From a bacterium (GTDB lineage: Bacteria > Cyanobacteriota > Vampirovibrionia > Gastranaerophilales > JBAXKC01), in the NCBI GenBank assembly GCA_037137535.1, contig JBAXKC010000005.1, forward strand, positions 43,908-107,907: 64,000 nt of DNA. The letters are read 5' to 3'. The notes below the pieces were generated by a model that saw nothing but the letters and a program-made list of their open reading frames with translations, was not told the origin of the DNA and ran no database searches. Both the position numbers and the translations under genes were made by a program. Positions 20,601-30,112 of the stretch are shown here, piece after piece (the stretch's first letter is position 1; each line of letters starts with the position of its first letter).

Positions 20601-20871
20601 TTTCTATTGAATAAATAGCCGCAGATACTGCATGTTTGCACCATTCTTCTTCAAGGGGGCAGTTGCATTCAGCTTTTATATTATTCTCATCAAATTTTAA
20701 CTTTACCTCATAGCTTTCCTGAAAACTTCCTTTTATTTTTGCATTTACTGTATAGTCTTCAAGTAAAGCTTCAAGAACCATATCTTTTTTAAAATATTCA
20801 TAGCCTCTTCTCCAACTTCCCGGAGTTGCTGCTTCTTTTAGATATTTAAAGTTAAAATTACTTTTTTTCAT
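17692..20871 (-). CDS. SWIM zinc finger-SNF2 family helicase/ATPase
   Basis: SWIM CNCP...CKH; GILADDMGLGKT, ILDESQNIKN, SGTPIEN, QATDRAYRIGQ; ATG at 20871 preferred over TTG 20895. Confidence 0.95.
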   Translation of the reverse strand: MKKSNFNFKYLKEAATPGSWRRGYEYFKKDMVLEALLEDYTVNAKIKGSFQESYEVKLKFDENNIKAECNCPLEEEWCKHAVSAAIYSIEKHFYEEYLTKKTEETFDFDEETPPPLESPQGAYRFLFAPELKPKFIGIKIIDRNKEEVVKDVESLLRAVIALQKTPGSTFELNETQKNEFGVMQFLYKKAKFQKDSEFYSIPFNLLDETINLLSKLEEVVDPVTKKRLIFNQNILNLKLAVNVSLVGNVLLSLHWHRTDIDEILPFEEIRYYSKHSQWGRYKQFVFPTNIKLMKLPPYLTKSTFTDIRDADGGKFIYEELPKIKEVMPVEISETLGKLNLEQKIPTNIVTMELLENNTIKAALEFEYDGTRVPFGKLADKTPYVTVKKPEEEIIYWLKRDLKHEQQAYNSLQTCKFYPMQTNNLQVEGDDAVDFYNFYKPKAGDDWIFEETGDFSLITVLPEPLVVSAHLDFEKSADSFLMAVKMISGEVEIATDDVIQAFLHGKKYINAYNKGYVEIPLALILNFTKSLTSFDAQKINGEDVYKIKTYRAGLVNELIEQNVKIEMSEKFERFWTQIKSFNTLEDISKPKGLKADLREYQIKGLNWLWFLYDYGLNGILADDMGLGKTLQTLALILKAKEEDKLMPTLVVCPTSVVFNWEAEIEKFTPKLKYLNLTGSSRKDSFGKIDKHDIIITSYALLRRDIEELKKYNFRFIILDESQNIKNSDSITAQSAKQLNAQHRIALSGTPIENSINELWSVFDFLMPGFLYDDKEFKSRYLVPIQEREDRLVESKLKKQIYPFILRRMKRDIAKDLPDKVENIAYCHMLPEQKDFYLDVLDSTKKELMAKVQKDGIEKSQMSIFAALLRLRQICCHPKLFDKQGERGIETSGKFEHLKEMLEEIISEGHRILLFSQFVQMLDIVKEWLEEKGIKHEYLTGSTKDRAERVNNFNNDDSIPIFLISLKAGGTGLNLTGADYVIHYDPWWNPAVEDQATDRAYRIGQTKNVFVYRFITKNSVEEKIMKLKEKKRDIADTIISVDRSIGKALTYQDLEDIFSVE

Positions 20872-21576
20872 TATAATTCCTAGAAAATCATACAAAACTT
20901 TTAATTATTTTTATTGTATTATCCACCCGCAATTACTTTAAGTTTAAAAATTACAAGTAATTATGGGAGTGGTTAATGTTTAAATACGTATTTCTTAATA
21001 CGTCAAAAATATCTTCAATTACTAATATACTATAACCTGATAATAATGTACTAATTCATTAAGCTAATATTAAGACTGTATCAATATAGAATGAATTTAT
21101 TAATGTCATTTACTCGTATCTCTACTGAATAATTATCTTTATGCCGTATGTAATTATTACAAAGAATGCCTTTTAGTTTTTAAATAGTTATTTTTAGTAT
21201 GGTCGAACTGATAAGTTTTCGTTAAAGAATGTTTTTTTAAACTATCCATGCAAATAGGTAATAGTGGTAATGCTATAAGTCGTTTGTAAGCTTCATAATC
21301 ATTTGTAAATAAATGAAACATGTTAATACCTTTGAGTTTACTAAATTAAAACTTTATTACGAGGTTAGAAAAATAAATAAATGTTAAATAAGGTATTAAA
21401 AAAAATAAATGAAGTCAGTTGTAGATAAATGTAATCTTTGCTTGATATATCGATTACACATTTAGCATGTTTCTAAAAATAGTGCTAAAACTAAATATTT
21501 AGTTATAGGGATGGTAGTTTTCAGGATGAGGAACCAGGTTATTCATTCTGGTAGAAAACAAAGGGAGGAAACTAGT

Positions 21577-23490
21577 ATGAGTTTCAAAAAAATGACATTA
21601 GCAGCAGCTATTACAATAGGTATGGTTGCAGTTGGCGGCGCTGCAAGAGCGGCAGATTTGAATGGTGCAACAATTCCTACATCATCAGATGCTTGTACAC
21701 CAAGTAATATAATCTCTTCTCAGCAGGTTAATTGTCCGGTCAGCGGTACTTGTCCTGCTATGTCCACAGATGGTAAACTTGATTATTCAGAAAGACAAGT
21801 TTATGCGTTCCCTAATTTAAGTGGGCAAAACCTTGTAATTCCTAATGAGAATACAATGGTTCAATTAGGTCAATCATCTGATGTAAGTGTTCCGACTAAA
21901 AACAATATTACAGGTGCGGCAGCTCCTATTGGTCAAAATGGTGTAATTTTGAACAATAGAGCAGGTGTTGGAATCGCAGGACAAACCGTAAACCTTTCAG
22001 AAGAAAATACAGGTTGTTGCCCTGATTCAAAAAAAGCAGAAGCAGAACAGCCTAAGAGAACAGGTGCAGCTGCAGCAGTAGATGAGTCTTGTGCTCCTGT
22101 TAATCCTTGTACAGGCGGTGCAGCTCCTGCTAATAATACTTTCCAATCAAGTTCAGGACTTCAAATTGAAAAGAAAATTCCTGAATGTGAATTAGAACAA
22201 ATGAGAAAAACAGGTGCAGCCGCTGCAATAATTCCAAATCAATTTACTGATGTAAGTTCTGATTTCTGGGCAAGTAATCAAATTAACTTGCTTGGTTCAA
22301 AAGGAATTTTGGCAGGATATCCTGACAGAACATACAGACCAACACTTCCAACATTAAGATCTGAATTTGCAAGTATGGTTGTTGCAGGTTTAAATCTTGA
22401 AGGAACACAAGCTTATTCCGAGAAAAAATTTAAAGATGTTCCTGAAAATCACTGGGCTAGAAATGATATTTATAAAGCCTATAATCAAGGTTATATGAAT
22501 GGTTATTCCGATAATACTTTCCGTCCGTCAGAAACTATTTCCAGAGCTCAAGCGTTTAATTCATTCGCAAAAGCATTACCAGGTAAAATGACGGCTCAGG
22601 AAGCTCAAGGTGTATTAGCATCTTATGCTGATAATAATACTGTTCCTGATTGGGCTAAAATTGGTATGGCAGAATCTATTAGTGCAGGATTAACTAAAGA
22701 TTCACCTGATCCTACAAGATTAAATCCTAATAAAGATGCTTCAAGAGCTGAAATGGCAGCAGTTATTGCTCAATTAAGACAAACATTAGCCCTTGATCCA
22801 TCTAATATTCCTACGGGAGCAGCTTCTGAAATACAAACATTCCCTACACTCAGCTTGAAATTTAATGATATGTTACATGCTAGAGGTAGTCATATTGGTG
22901 ATACTTTCGTAGCAGAAACTCAAGATCAGGTTACAATAAACGGACAAGTATACCCAACAGGCTCTAAAGTTCACGGTAAAATTGTTGAAGTTGTTATGCC
23001 TAATTTAGATAACAAAGGTTCAGTAAAACTTGCCTTTGATACTATCGAAGATAATGGCCATAAAGCTGATTTACCTAAACAAATTTTATCAGCAGGTATT
23101 ACAAGAAGTGATAATGTAAATATTATCGCAAGAGCTGTACAATTCCCATTTGTATGGCCTGGTAAACTTGTCGGTACAGCAGGAAGATCAGTTTCTAATA
23201 TTGGTATAATTGCTTCCAATACAGTTCAAGAGATGATGGGTGCTACCGGTTTTGCGGCTGGTCACGTATTCTCTGGTGAATTTGGCGCAGCAGGAAGAAA
23301 CACTTATGAAGTTGGTAAATCACTTGCTATGGGCGTAGTTGATACAGGTAAAACTGTAATTAGCGGTACCGTAGGACTATTCAAAGAATCAGGTGATGAA
23401 TTAACTTATATTGTATCTCCTGATACATTACAAGTATCAAGCATCAACCCTGATGAAGTTGTTCAAGTTGCATTTGGTTGCCCTCAATAA
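21577..23490 (+). CDS. Exported S-layer homology (SLH) domain surface protein
   Basis: GGGAGG RBS before ATG 21577; signal peptide ending ARA; three SLH repeats (FTDV..FWA, FKDV..HWA, YADN..PDWA); C-terminal beta-rich domain. Confidence 0.9.
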   Translation: MSFKKMTLAAAITIGMVAVGGAARAADLNGATIPTSSDACTPSNIISSQQVNCPVSGTCPAMSTDGKLDYSERQVYAFPNLSGQNLVIPNENTMVQLGQSSDVSVPTKNNITGAAAPIGQNGVILNNRAGVGIAGQTVNLSEENTGCCPDSKKAEAEQPKRTGAAAAVDESCAPVNPCTGGAAPANNTFQSSSGLQIEKKIPECELEQMRKTGAAAAIIPNQFTDVSSDFWASNQINLLGSKGILAGYPDRTYRPTLPTLRSEFASMVVAGLNLEGTQAYSEKKFKDVPENHWARNDIYKAYNQGYMNGYSDNTFRPSETISRAQAFNSFAKALPGKMTAQEAQGVLASYADNNTVPDWAKIGMAESISAGLTKDSPDPTRLNPNKDASRAEMAAVIAQLRQTLALDPSNIPTGAASEIQTFPTLSLKFNDMLHARGSHIGDTFVAETQDQVTINGQVYPTGSKVHGKIVEVVMPNLDNKGSVKLAFDTIEDNGHKADLPKQILSAGITRSDNVNIIARAVQFPFVWPGKLVGTAGRSVSNIGIIASNTVQEMMGATGFAAGHVFSGEFGAAGRNTYEVGKSLAMGVVDTGKTVISGTVGLFKESGDELTYIVSPDTLQVSSINPDEVVQVAFGCPQ

Positions 23491-23512
23491 GCGCTAAATT
23501 TAATTAACAACG

Positions 23513-23545
23513 AATAAGAGGACTGGTTTCAGTCCTCTTATTTTT
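23513..23545. terminator. Intrinsic terminator
   Basis: Perfect 13-bp stem AATAAGAGGACTG / CAGTCCTCTTATT plus T-run. Confidence 0.88.
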
Positions 23546-23570
23546 ATGAGTTTTTATAGTTCTTGAATTA

Positions 23571-24092
23571 TTAGCTTTTAAGAAAATCATCTAATGCTTG
23601 ATCATTTTTTGTTACTTTTGGTTTATCGTAATATTTTTTTGCAAGATTAATAACACCTTTAAATAGAGAATCAAGTCCATGAATACCATGTTCTTCATCA
23701 ACTATTACAGTTTTTTTGCCATCAGGTTGTTCAATTGTGTAAAAGTTTGCATCAGATCCAAAACAATGTTGAGGTGAATCTTCAGCATTATTTTTGTCTG
23801 ATTGACTAATGTGTGGATCTTTGTTTATCTCTTTGATTGTTTTCATTGAGACAGTGAATGTATCTTTATCAGGTCCAATAGTTTTTAATTTTGATTTGCA
23901 GAAGTTACCTTTGTTCAAAAAATCATTAACTAAATTACCTTCCGGATGTTTGATATCTTGAGGTTCTCCATTGCAAACACCAGATAAAATATCTGGATTT
24001 TGATCGCTAAAAACTTTTTTTAGACCTTCTGCATTAGGAAGATCAAATTTTAGGTTTGCTTTAAAAGCTATATTGTTTGTTTTTGAAATCAT
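23571..24092 (-). CDS. Orphan protein (173 aa)
   Basis: AGGA RBS; consensus promoter upstream; N-terminus MISKTNNIAFKA. Confidence 0.75.
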   Translation of the reverse strand: MISKTNNIAFKANLKFDLPNAEGLKKVFSDQNPDILSGVCNGEPQDIKHPEGNLVNDFLNKGNFCKSKLKTIGPDKDTFTVSMKTIKEINKDPHISQSDKNNAEDSPQHCFGSDANFYTIEQPDGKKTVIVDEEHGIHGLDSLFKGVINLAKKYYDKPKVTKNDQALDDFLKS

Positions 24093-24133
24093 TGTTTTAT
24101 TCCTATATGATGTACAGATTTAATGATGCTTTC

Positions 24134-24161
24134 ATTATAAGTATAAAAAAGTATGTGTCAA
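24134..24161 (-). promoter_or_regulatory. Sigma70-type promoter of the 173-aa orphan
   Basis: Minus strand TTGACA-N16-TATAAT, 42 bp upstream of the ATG. Confidence 0.75.
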
Positions 24162-24323
24162 ATTTTATAAGTAATAAAGTTTGACATCAAAAACCTTAAA
24201 ATTCCTAACGTTTCATAATGCGATAGGTGGTTGTCATAATGGTTTCATCTTATCCGCAAAAAAAAAGATTTACGGACAAACAATGATAAGATAATAAATT
24301 TAATTTAGATTTATATAAACTTG

Positions 24324-25067
24324 TCATGGCGTTTCAAAATGTGGTTCATCTTTAAATGTTTTCCAATTGCCACCCCAAGAAAGACCTAATGATTCACCAA
24401 TTTTTCCAGCATTAGAATACTCTGGCGATTCCCATTCAATTTCACCATTTTTTCCAATAATAGCAATATCAAAAGCCTTACCGGAATTATGATTAGATTG
24501 TCCTCCACGTGCATTTGTAACAATTGGCCCAGGCGTTGTTCGTCCTTGAGCATAGAGTTTTTCTTGCTCGTCAAATGACCTATATCCTGAAATTATCTTT
24601 ATATTAATTCCTTTGTCTTTACAAGCTAAATATAAATCAATAGCTTTTTGTGCGGCATCAGGATTCAATCCTTTTAATTTTTTTTTAATTGAGTCAGGGA
24701 CTTCAATAGCTGATTTACCATCAGTCGCCTTTTCATTTATTTGTTTTATCTCGTCTGGAGCCATTGGTTGTAAATCTATATTTTCTATACGAATTGATTG
24801 GTTGTCATTTGTAGAAGTGATTTCACTATTTTTTTCAACACATCCATTTAGTCCGGTAGCAAGAAATAGGCTTGTAGCAAGTGCTGCTAAACCTAATTTT
24901 AGTTTTGAAATGGATTCTTTTTTTTGATTTGCATTAAATCCAATACAATTAAATTCATATTTATCGTAAGTGAGCGGAGTGGAATTATTAATATTAGACA
25001 TTATCTTATTAGTGATTAAGGTCTTTTTTTCATTTAATACCAGCGATTCTGCTCTTATAATTCGCAT
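24324..25067 (-). CDS. M15 family (CwlK-like L-Ala-D-Glu) peptidoglycan metallopeptidase
   Basis: GYRSFDEQEKLYAQGRT, VTNARGGQSNHNSGKAFD, WGGNW..FKDEPHFE; hydrophobic helix with lipobox-like LNGC. Confidence 0.92.
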   Translation of the reverse strand: MRIIRAESLVLNEKKTLITNKIMSNINNSTPLTYDKYEFNCIGFNANQKKESISKLKLGLAALATSLFLATGLNGCVEKNSEITSTNDNQSIRIENIDLQPMAPDEIKQINEKATDGKSAIEVPDSIKKKLKGLNPDAAQKAIDLYLACKDKGINIKIISGYRSFDEQEKLYAQGRTTPGPIVTNARGGQSNHNSGKAFDIAIIGKNGEIEWESPEYSNAGKIGESLGLSWGGNWKTFKDEPHFETP

Positions 25068-25346
25068 GTTTGTCCCCTCTAACTTTTAGCAAAGCTCTAT
25101 ATTATTATATTTTTTGTTAATATTGAAAATTAATTTTACTATTTTTATAGAATTAATTTAATTAGTGAGCATCATTGACTTTTTTTACTTCATTTTTATT
25201 CACTTTATTTAAAGTGTATCAAAAATATGGTATTAACTTCATTGAATTTAGCAATTCAGTTTTTTTATTTTTAAACAAATAAAAATAGAAGCTTGTTTGC
25301 TAGAAATATCTAAACAAAAAGCTCCTATTATTTTTTAATTTTATAA

Positions 25347-26630
25347 TTACTTAACTATTGTTTTAACTTGCTCAATAGCCGAGGCTTCATTTTTATGTTC
25401 GGTGTTATATTTTGTTATTTGCGTGGATAACACTTCTTCTGCTTTCATAAGTTGTGGATCTTTTCCGTCTCTTACATCATCAGTAGTAACTTTAACGGTA
25501 TAGTCCGGCATTATCCCTTTTTTATTTATATCTGTATCATTAGGCGTTAAATATTTTTGAATAGTAATATTCATTCCTGAGCCATCAGGTAATCTGTTGA
25601 TTTCTTGTACAATTCCCTTACCGAAAGATTTTGTTCCGACTAAAGTTGCTCTTCCGTTATCTTTTAGAGCTCCGCTTAAAATTTCGCTCGCACTAGCACT
25701 GCCGCTATCTATAAGCAATACTACAGGCTTGTCGGTAATAGTGGCTTTGTCGGATTTTTGAGTTTGTTTATATCCGTCTCTATCAACTGTACTGACTATT
25801 ACACCGCCATCAAGCAGCATATCAGCTATTTTAACCGCATTGGACAATAGTCCGCCGGGGTTTGATCTTAAATCAATGATATAACCACTTTTTGTGTTAA
25901 GTTTTTCTAGTGCATCTTTGACTTCATCGGCTGCATTGGAGCTTATAAATGAATTAAGTTTGATATAACCCATATTGTTTTCTACTTTTATTCCTTTTGG
26001 TGGAATTAAAGATACTGATTTAACGTTAATTTTGCTTCTTGCAATAGTAAAGCTTTTAAGTTCTTCGCCTCTTTTTACTTCTATAGTAACGGTAGTACCT
26101 TCTTCGCCTCTTATTCTGTCGGCAGCTTCTTTTACTGAAATACCTTTTGTGCTTTTCTGATCAATTTTAATTATTTCATCATTTGAGAGTAATCCTGCTT
26201 TTGCCGCAGGTGTATCTTCAATAGGTGATATAACTACTATTTTCTCATCTTTAATACCTATTTGTATTCCAATTCCAAAAAGAGTTCCTTTTATTGAGTT
26301 TCCTTCATCAGCAAAAGCTTCAGGGTCTAAAAATCTTGTATATGGGTCATTAAGGCTTGCTAGCATTGTTTGAATAGCAAGATAAGCATCCGCATCGGTT
26401 TTTATGCTGTTATCGTATCTATGTCTCCATTTATTCCAATCTTGAGCGTTTTCACTAGGGTCAAGGAATTTAACACTTACGATTTTCCAGACTTGGTCAT
26501 AAAGTGATTGCGGTGTGTTGGCAAAGACACTATTTGTAAACATTCCAAAATAGGAAAAAGCTAGAGCTGAAATTGCCACAGGTAAGATTTTTTTTAGTTT
26601 TTTAGTTGTGTTTGTTTGTTTTGCGCCCAA
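25347..26630 (-). CDS. S41 carboxy-terminal processing protease (CtpA-like) with PDZ domain
   Basis: DPYTRFL, GIGI, IDLRSNPGG, SASASEI, FGKG; GAGG RBS with TTG start; N-terminal signal/TM. Confidence 0.95.
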   Translation of the reverse strand: MGAKQTNTTKKLKKILPVAISALAFSYFGMFTNSVFANTPQSLYDQVWKIVSVKFLDPSENAQDWNKWRHRYDNSIKTDADAYLAIQTMLASLNDPYTRFLDPEAFADEGNSIKGTLFGIGIQIGIKDEKIVVISPIEDTPAAKAGLLSNDEIIKIDQKSTKGISVKEAADRIRGEEGTTVTIEVKRGEELKSFTIARSKINVKSVSLIPPKGIKVENNMGYIKLNSFISSNAADEVKDALEKLNTKSGYIIDLRSNPGGLLSNAVKIADMLLDGGVIVSTVDRDGYKQTQKSDKATITDKPVVLLIDSGSASASEILSGALKDNGRATLVGTKSFGKGIVQEINRLPDGSGMNITIQKYLTPNDTDINKKGIMPDYTVKVTTDDVRDGKDPQLMKAEEVLSTQITKYNTEHKNEASAIEQVKTIVK

Positions 26631-26701
26631 TTTTATATTCCTCTTTTCATCACTTGCAACTAATTACTATAATTGTAGCACATTGTTTTTTTTAGTGTAT
26701 A

Positions 26702-27637
26702 TTATCCAGAGCTTTGATATTCTTCAATATAATGATAAACAGTTGAAACGTCAAATTTTATTTGTTTTTTTAGCTCTTCTATTGAGTTGAATTTAACTTC
26801 GTCTCTTATTTTTTTTTGAAAAATAAGTTCAATTTCTTCATTATATATATTTTGATTAAAGTCTAAAATATGTACCTCAATAAGATTATAAGTTATGTCT
26901 GCAAAAGTTGGTCGTTTTCCTATATTTATTACTGCATTGAATAGTTCATTTTTTATTTTTGCTTGAACATAATAGACACCGTTTGCAGGCATGGCAATAT
27001 ATTCGGGTTTTTGTATGTTTGCAGTGGGAAAACCTAATTCTCTTCCTCTTTGCATTCCCTTTATTACAGTTCCTTTTAATGAATAAGGTCTGCCTAAATA
27101 TTCGGAAGCTGATGTTATATCGCCAACAGCCAAGAAGTCCCTTATCGAAGAGCTGCTTACCGCAATTTCATTTATTAGTACAGGAGAAACTACATTTACT
27201 TCATAGTTGTATTCTATTGAATTATTTTTAAGAAATTCATAATTCCCTTTTTTATTTGCTCCAAAATTATGGTCATAGCCTATGGTTATGCTTTTTGCGT
27301 TTAATGATGCGATTAAATATTCTTTAAGGTATTTTTCTGCACTTATTTTAGAAAATTTATCATCAAAATCAATTAAAAAGACTGCATCAACGCCTTCTTT
27401 TTCTAAAAGTTCAAGTTTTTCTTCAGTTGCAGTAATTAATTTTATTTTATTTTCAGAGGTTATAACTTCAGGATGTGTGTCAAAAGTTACAATACATGTA
27501 GGGCAATTAAATTCTTTACCCTTATCCATAGCAGTTTTTATAACTTTTTTATGGGCGGAATGTACACCATCAAACATCCCTAACGCAAGACTAGAGGCTT
27601 TAAAAATATTTTTTAACGGTGTTTTTATTATTTGCAT
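26702..27637 (-). CDS. ribF: Bifunctional riboflavin kinase/FAD synthetase
   Basis: GMFDGVH, GYDHNFG, VSSSSIR, GRELGFPTAN, EVHILDF. Confidence 0.96.
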   Translation of the reverse strand: MQIIKTPLKNIFKASSLALGMFDGVHSAHKKVIKTAMDKGKEFNCPTCIVTFDTHPEVITSENKIKLITATEEKLELLEKEGVDAVFLIDFDDKFSKISAEKYLKEYLIASLNAKSITIGYDHNFGANKKGNYEFLKNNSIEYNYEVNVVSPVLINEIAVSSSSIRDFLAVGDITSASEYLGRPYSLKGTVIKGMQRGRELGFPTANIQKPEYIAMPANGVYYVQAKIKNELFNAVINIGKRPTFADITYNLIEVHILDFNQNIYNEEIELIFQKKIRDEVKFNSIEELKKQIKFDVSTVYHYIEEYQSSG

Positions 27638-27811
27638 ATATTCTCTCAGTCACCTAAGAACCACATTCATAATAGCATAGTTATGCTTAATTTTTTTATA
27701 TATAAAGTTTGAATTCAATTCAAAATGAAAATATACTAATAGACTGTTATCTCTAAGAAAAATATATTATAATAGATATTGTAGTGGTTTAGAATTTTCT
27801 GCGGAAGTTTT

Positions 27812-29485
27812 ATGTTGACTTATGCTGAATTAATTACTTTTGTTTTAACAATATTAGTTGGTATTACTGTATTTACTCTTTATAAATACGTAATGCAGAG
27901 TTTTAATGAGCTTTATGTTGAAAAAAACTTGAATAAAAATGCACAATTCAATAAGATGAAAGAAATGCAGGAAGAAGCCCTTAACGATGTAGCTCTTTTT
28001 AAAAAAGCTATGCAATTGTATCAGTTAGGACAACTCAACGAGGCTTTAAAACTTTTTAAAAGCTATGTGAGAAAAAAGCCCAATGATATTGATGCAAGAC
28101 TTTCTATGACAGATATTTTCATACAGAAAAATGAAATTATTCATGCTATTGAGCAATTAAATCATATAAAAAAACTTGATATGTCTAATTTATCCTTTAA
28201 AGAAAAACTTATTGAGTGTTACGAATCTTTAGGCAATTATGCTTCTGCTGTTAACGAATTAAATGATTGTTTGAAAATAGTACCTGATAATATTTCTTAT
28301 CTTAAGAGATCAGCAGCAATGTATAAAAAAGTGGGAAACTTTAATTATGCTCTGGCTCAATATCAAAAAATATTGAAAATTGAAACTTCTGATTTGGCTA
28401 CAAGAAAAGAAGTGGCTACTATTTATTTTGATAGTACAAATTATAAAAAAGCAGCTGAAGAATTAGAAATCTTATTAAGATATTCTCCACAAGATATGCA
28501 GATTTTAAAAAAACTTGCTCAATCTTATAAAAAATCAAATCAATATGAAAAGGCATTAGGAACTTATAATCAAATATTATCCTTTGAGCCTGAAAATAAA
28601 GAAGTAGCAAAAGATTTAGCAGATGTTTACTGTCATTTTGGTAATTATCAAGCCGCAATAGCTCTTTATGAAAATATAATAAATCAACATGACTTTTCTT
28701 TAAGTGCAAAATCAAGGTATGCAGAACTTTTAACTTTTTGTTCTTATTTCGATAAAGCTATTTCTATCTGTAAAGATATACTATCAAAAGAAAGCAATAA
28801 TGAGTACATTAACAATATTCTGTCTAAAGCCTATGAAGGTAAGGGCGATTATTTGTCCGCTATTGATATATATAAAGATTTAATAGCCGTTTCAAGAGAT
28901 GAAGACAGTAAAAGTCATTATAGAAATTTATTAAGTGTAGTTTTGTGCAATTGGGGTGTTACTTTGTACAAACAGAAGCTTTATAATGATTCATTAGATA
29001 AATTTTCACTTGCTGTTTTTTATGATGACAAAAATCCCGATATTTATTTTAATCTGGGGAAAGCAAATCATCTGATTAAAAATTTTGATACAGCTAAAGC
29101 AAACTTTAAAAGAGCAATCGTATTAGCTCCTGATGATTATGATTCTTATCTCGGAATGGCATCTTTATTTGAGGAAATAGGTGAAAAAGACAGGGCTTTA
29201 AGCTATTATCTACAGGCAAAGAAATTAGCACCTTTTAATATTGAAGTTTTATGTGATTTAGGTGTTTTTTACGGGAAATATAACAACATGGATAAAGCTA
29301 TTGAAGAGTTTAAATTAGCTGCATCAGTCGATGAAAATTCTATTGATGCACATTATAATTTAGGCGTAGCTTATGAGATGGTAGGACAATTGCATTTAGC
29401 AAAAGCGGAGTATGAAAAAACACTTTTTATAAATCCTAATCACCGTGAAGCTAAGAATAATCTTGAAGTATTAATGAATGATTAA
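27812..29485 (+). CDS. Membrane-anchored TPR protein
   Basis: N-terminal TM helix followed by continuous TPR-like repeats (YFNLGKA, AHYNLGVAY). Confidence 0.88.
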   Translation: MLTYAELITFVLTILVGITVFTLYKYVMQSFNELYVEKNLNKNAQFNKMKEMQEEALNDVALFKKAMQLYQLGQLNEALKLFKSYVRKKPNDIDARLSMTDIFIQKNEIIHAIEQLNHIKKLDMSNLSFKEKLIECYESLGNYASAVNELNDCLKIVPDNISYLKRSAAMYKKVGNFNYALAQYQKILKIETSDLATRKEVATIYFDSTNYKKAAEELEILLRYSPQDMQILKKLAQSYKKSNQYEKALGTYNQILSFEPENKEVAKDLADVYCHFGNYQAAIALYENIINQHDFSLSAKSRYAELLTFCSYFDKAISICKDILSKESNNEYINNILSKAYEGKGDYLSAIDIYKDLIAVSRDEDSKSHYRNLLSVVLCNWGVTLYKQKLYNDSLDKFSLAVFYDDKNPDIYFNLGKANHLIKNFDTAKANFKRAIVLAPDDYDSYLGMASLFEEIGEKDRALSYYLQAKKLAPFNIEVLCDLGVFYGKYNNMDKAIEEFKLAASVDENSIDAHYNLGVAYEMVGQLHLAKAEYEKTLFINPNHREAKNNLEVLMND

Positions 29486-29641
29486 TCTGCTTTGTTTTGA
29501 TAATTTAAAACTTAATAATAATTTGGCAACTTAAGTTAATTATTAAATATACATTAGTATTATATAGTTAAATGGACTACTATATCTCAATTTTTTATGT
29601 AATAATAAAGCGTCTATCGTGAGTCTTATTTGGAGACAAAA

Positions 29642-30094
29642 ATGGAAAGAACATTTATTGCTTTAAAGCCGGATGCCGTTCAAAGAGGTTTAATCGGTGA
29701 AATTATCAGCCGTATTGAAAAAAGAGGTTTTAAAATCGTAGCTATGAAATTAATGCACCTTAGTGAAGAAAAAGCTAAAGAGCATTATAGCGAACATATA
29801 GGAAAACCTTTCTTTGACAAGCTTGTGACTTTTATAACAAGTGGGCCTATCGTTGCTATTGTTGTTGAAGGTGTCAATGTTGTAAAAACAATGAGAAAAA
29901 CTATGGGAGCAACTAATCCTCAAGATTCAGAATTAGGATCAATCAGAGCTGATTTTGGACAGGATATGGGGAGAAATATTATCCATGGTTCTGACTCATT
30001 AGAAAGTGCAAAACGTGAAATAGCAATATTTTTTGATGATTCTGAGATTTTACCGTCATGGAATAGAGATGTTGATAAATGGGTTATTGAGTAA
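29642..30094 (+). CDS. ndk: Nucleoside-diphosphate kinase
   Basis: ERTFIALKPDAVQRGL, NIIHGSDS; GGAG RBS before ATG 29642. Confidence 0.97.
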   Translation: MERTFIALKPDAVQRGLIGEIISRIEKRGFKIVAMKLMHLSEEKAKEHYSEHIGKPFFDKLVTFITSGPIVAIVVEGVNVVKTMRKTMGATNPQDSELGSIRADFGQDMGRNIIHGSDSLESAKREIAIFFDDSEILPSWNRDVDKWVIE

Positions 30095-30112
30095 AAAATT
30101 GAAAATGGTTTT

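Noticed and set aside
24219-24266. Imperfect hairpin followed by an A-run
   Set aside because: Bulged stem, tail on the wrong side for terminating the M15 gene, and no riboswitch consensus recognised
8980-25067. Prophage suggested by holin-like and endolysin-like (M15) genes
   Set aside because: The genes are 15 kb apart among housekeeping genes; no integrase, terminase or structural genes
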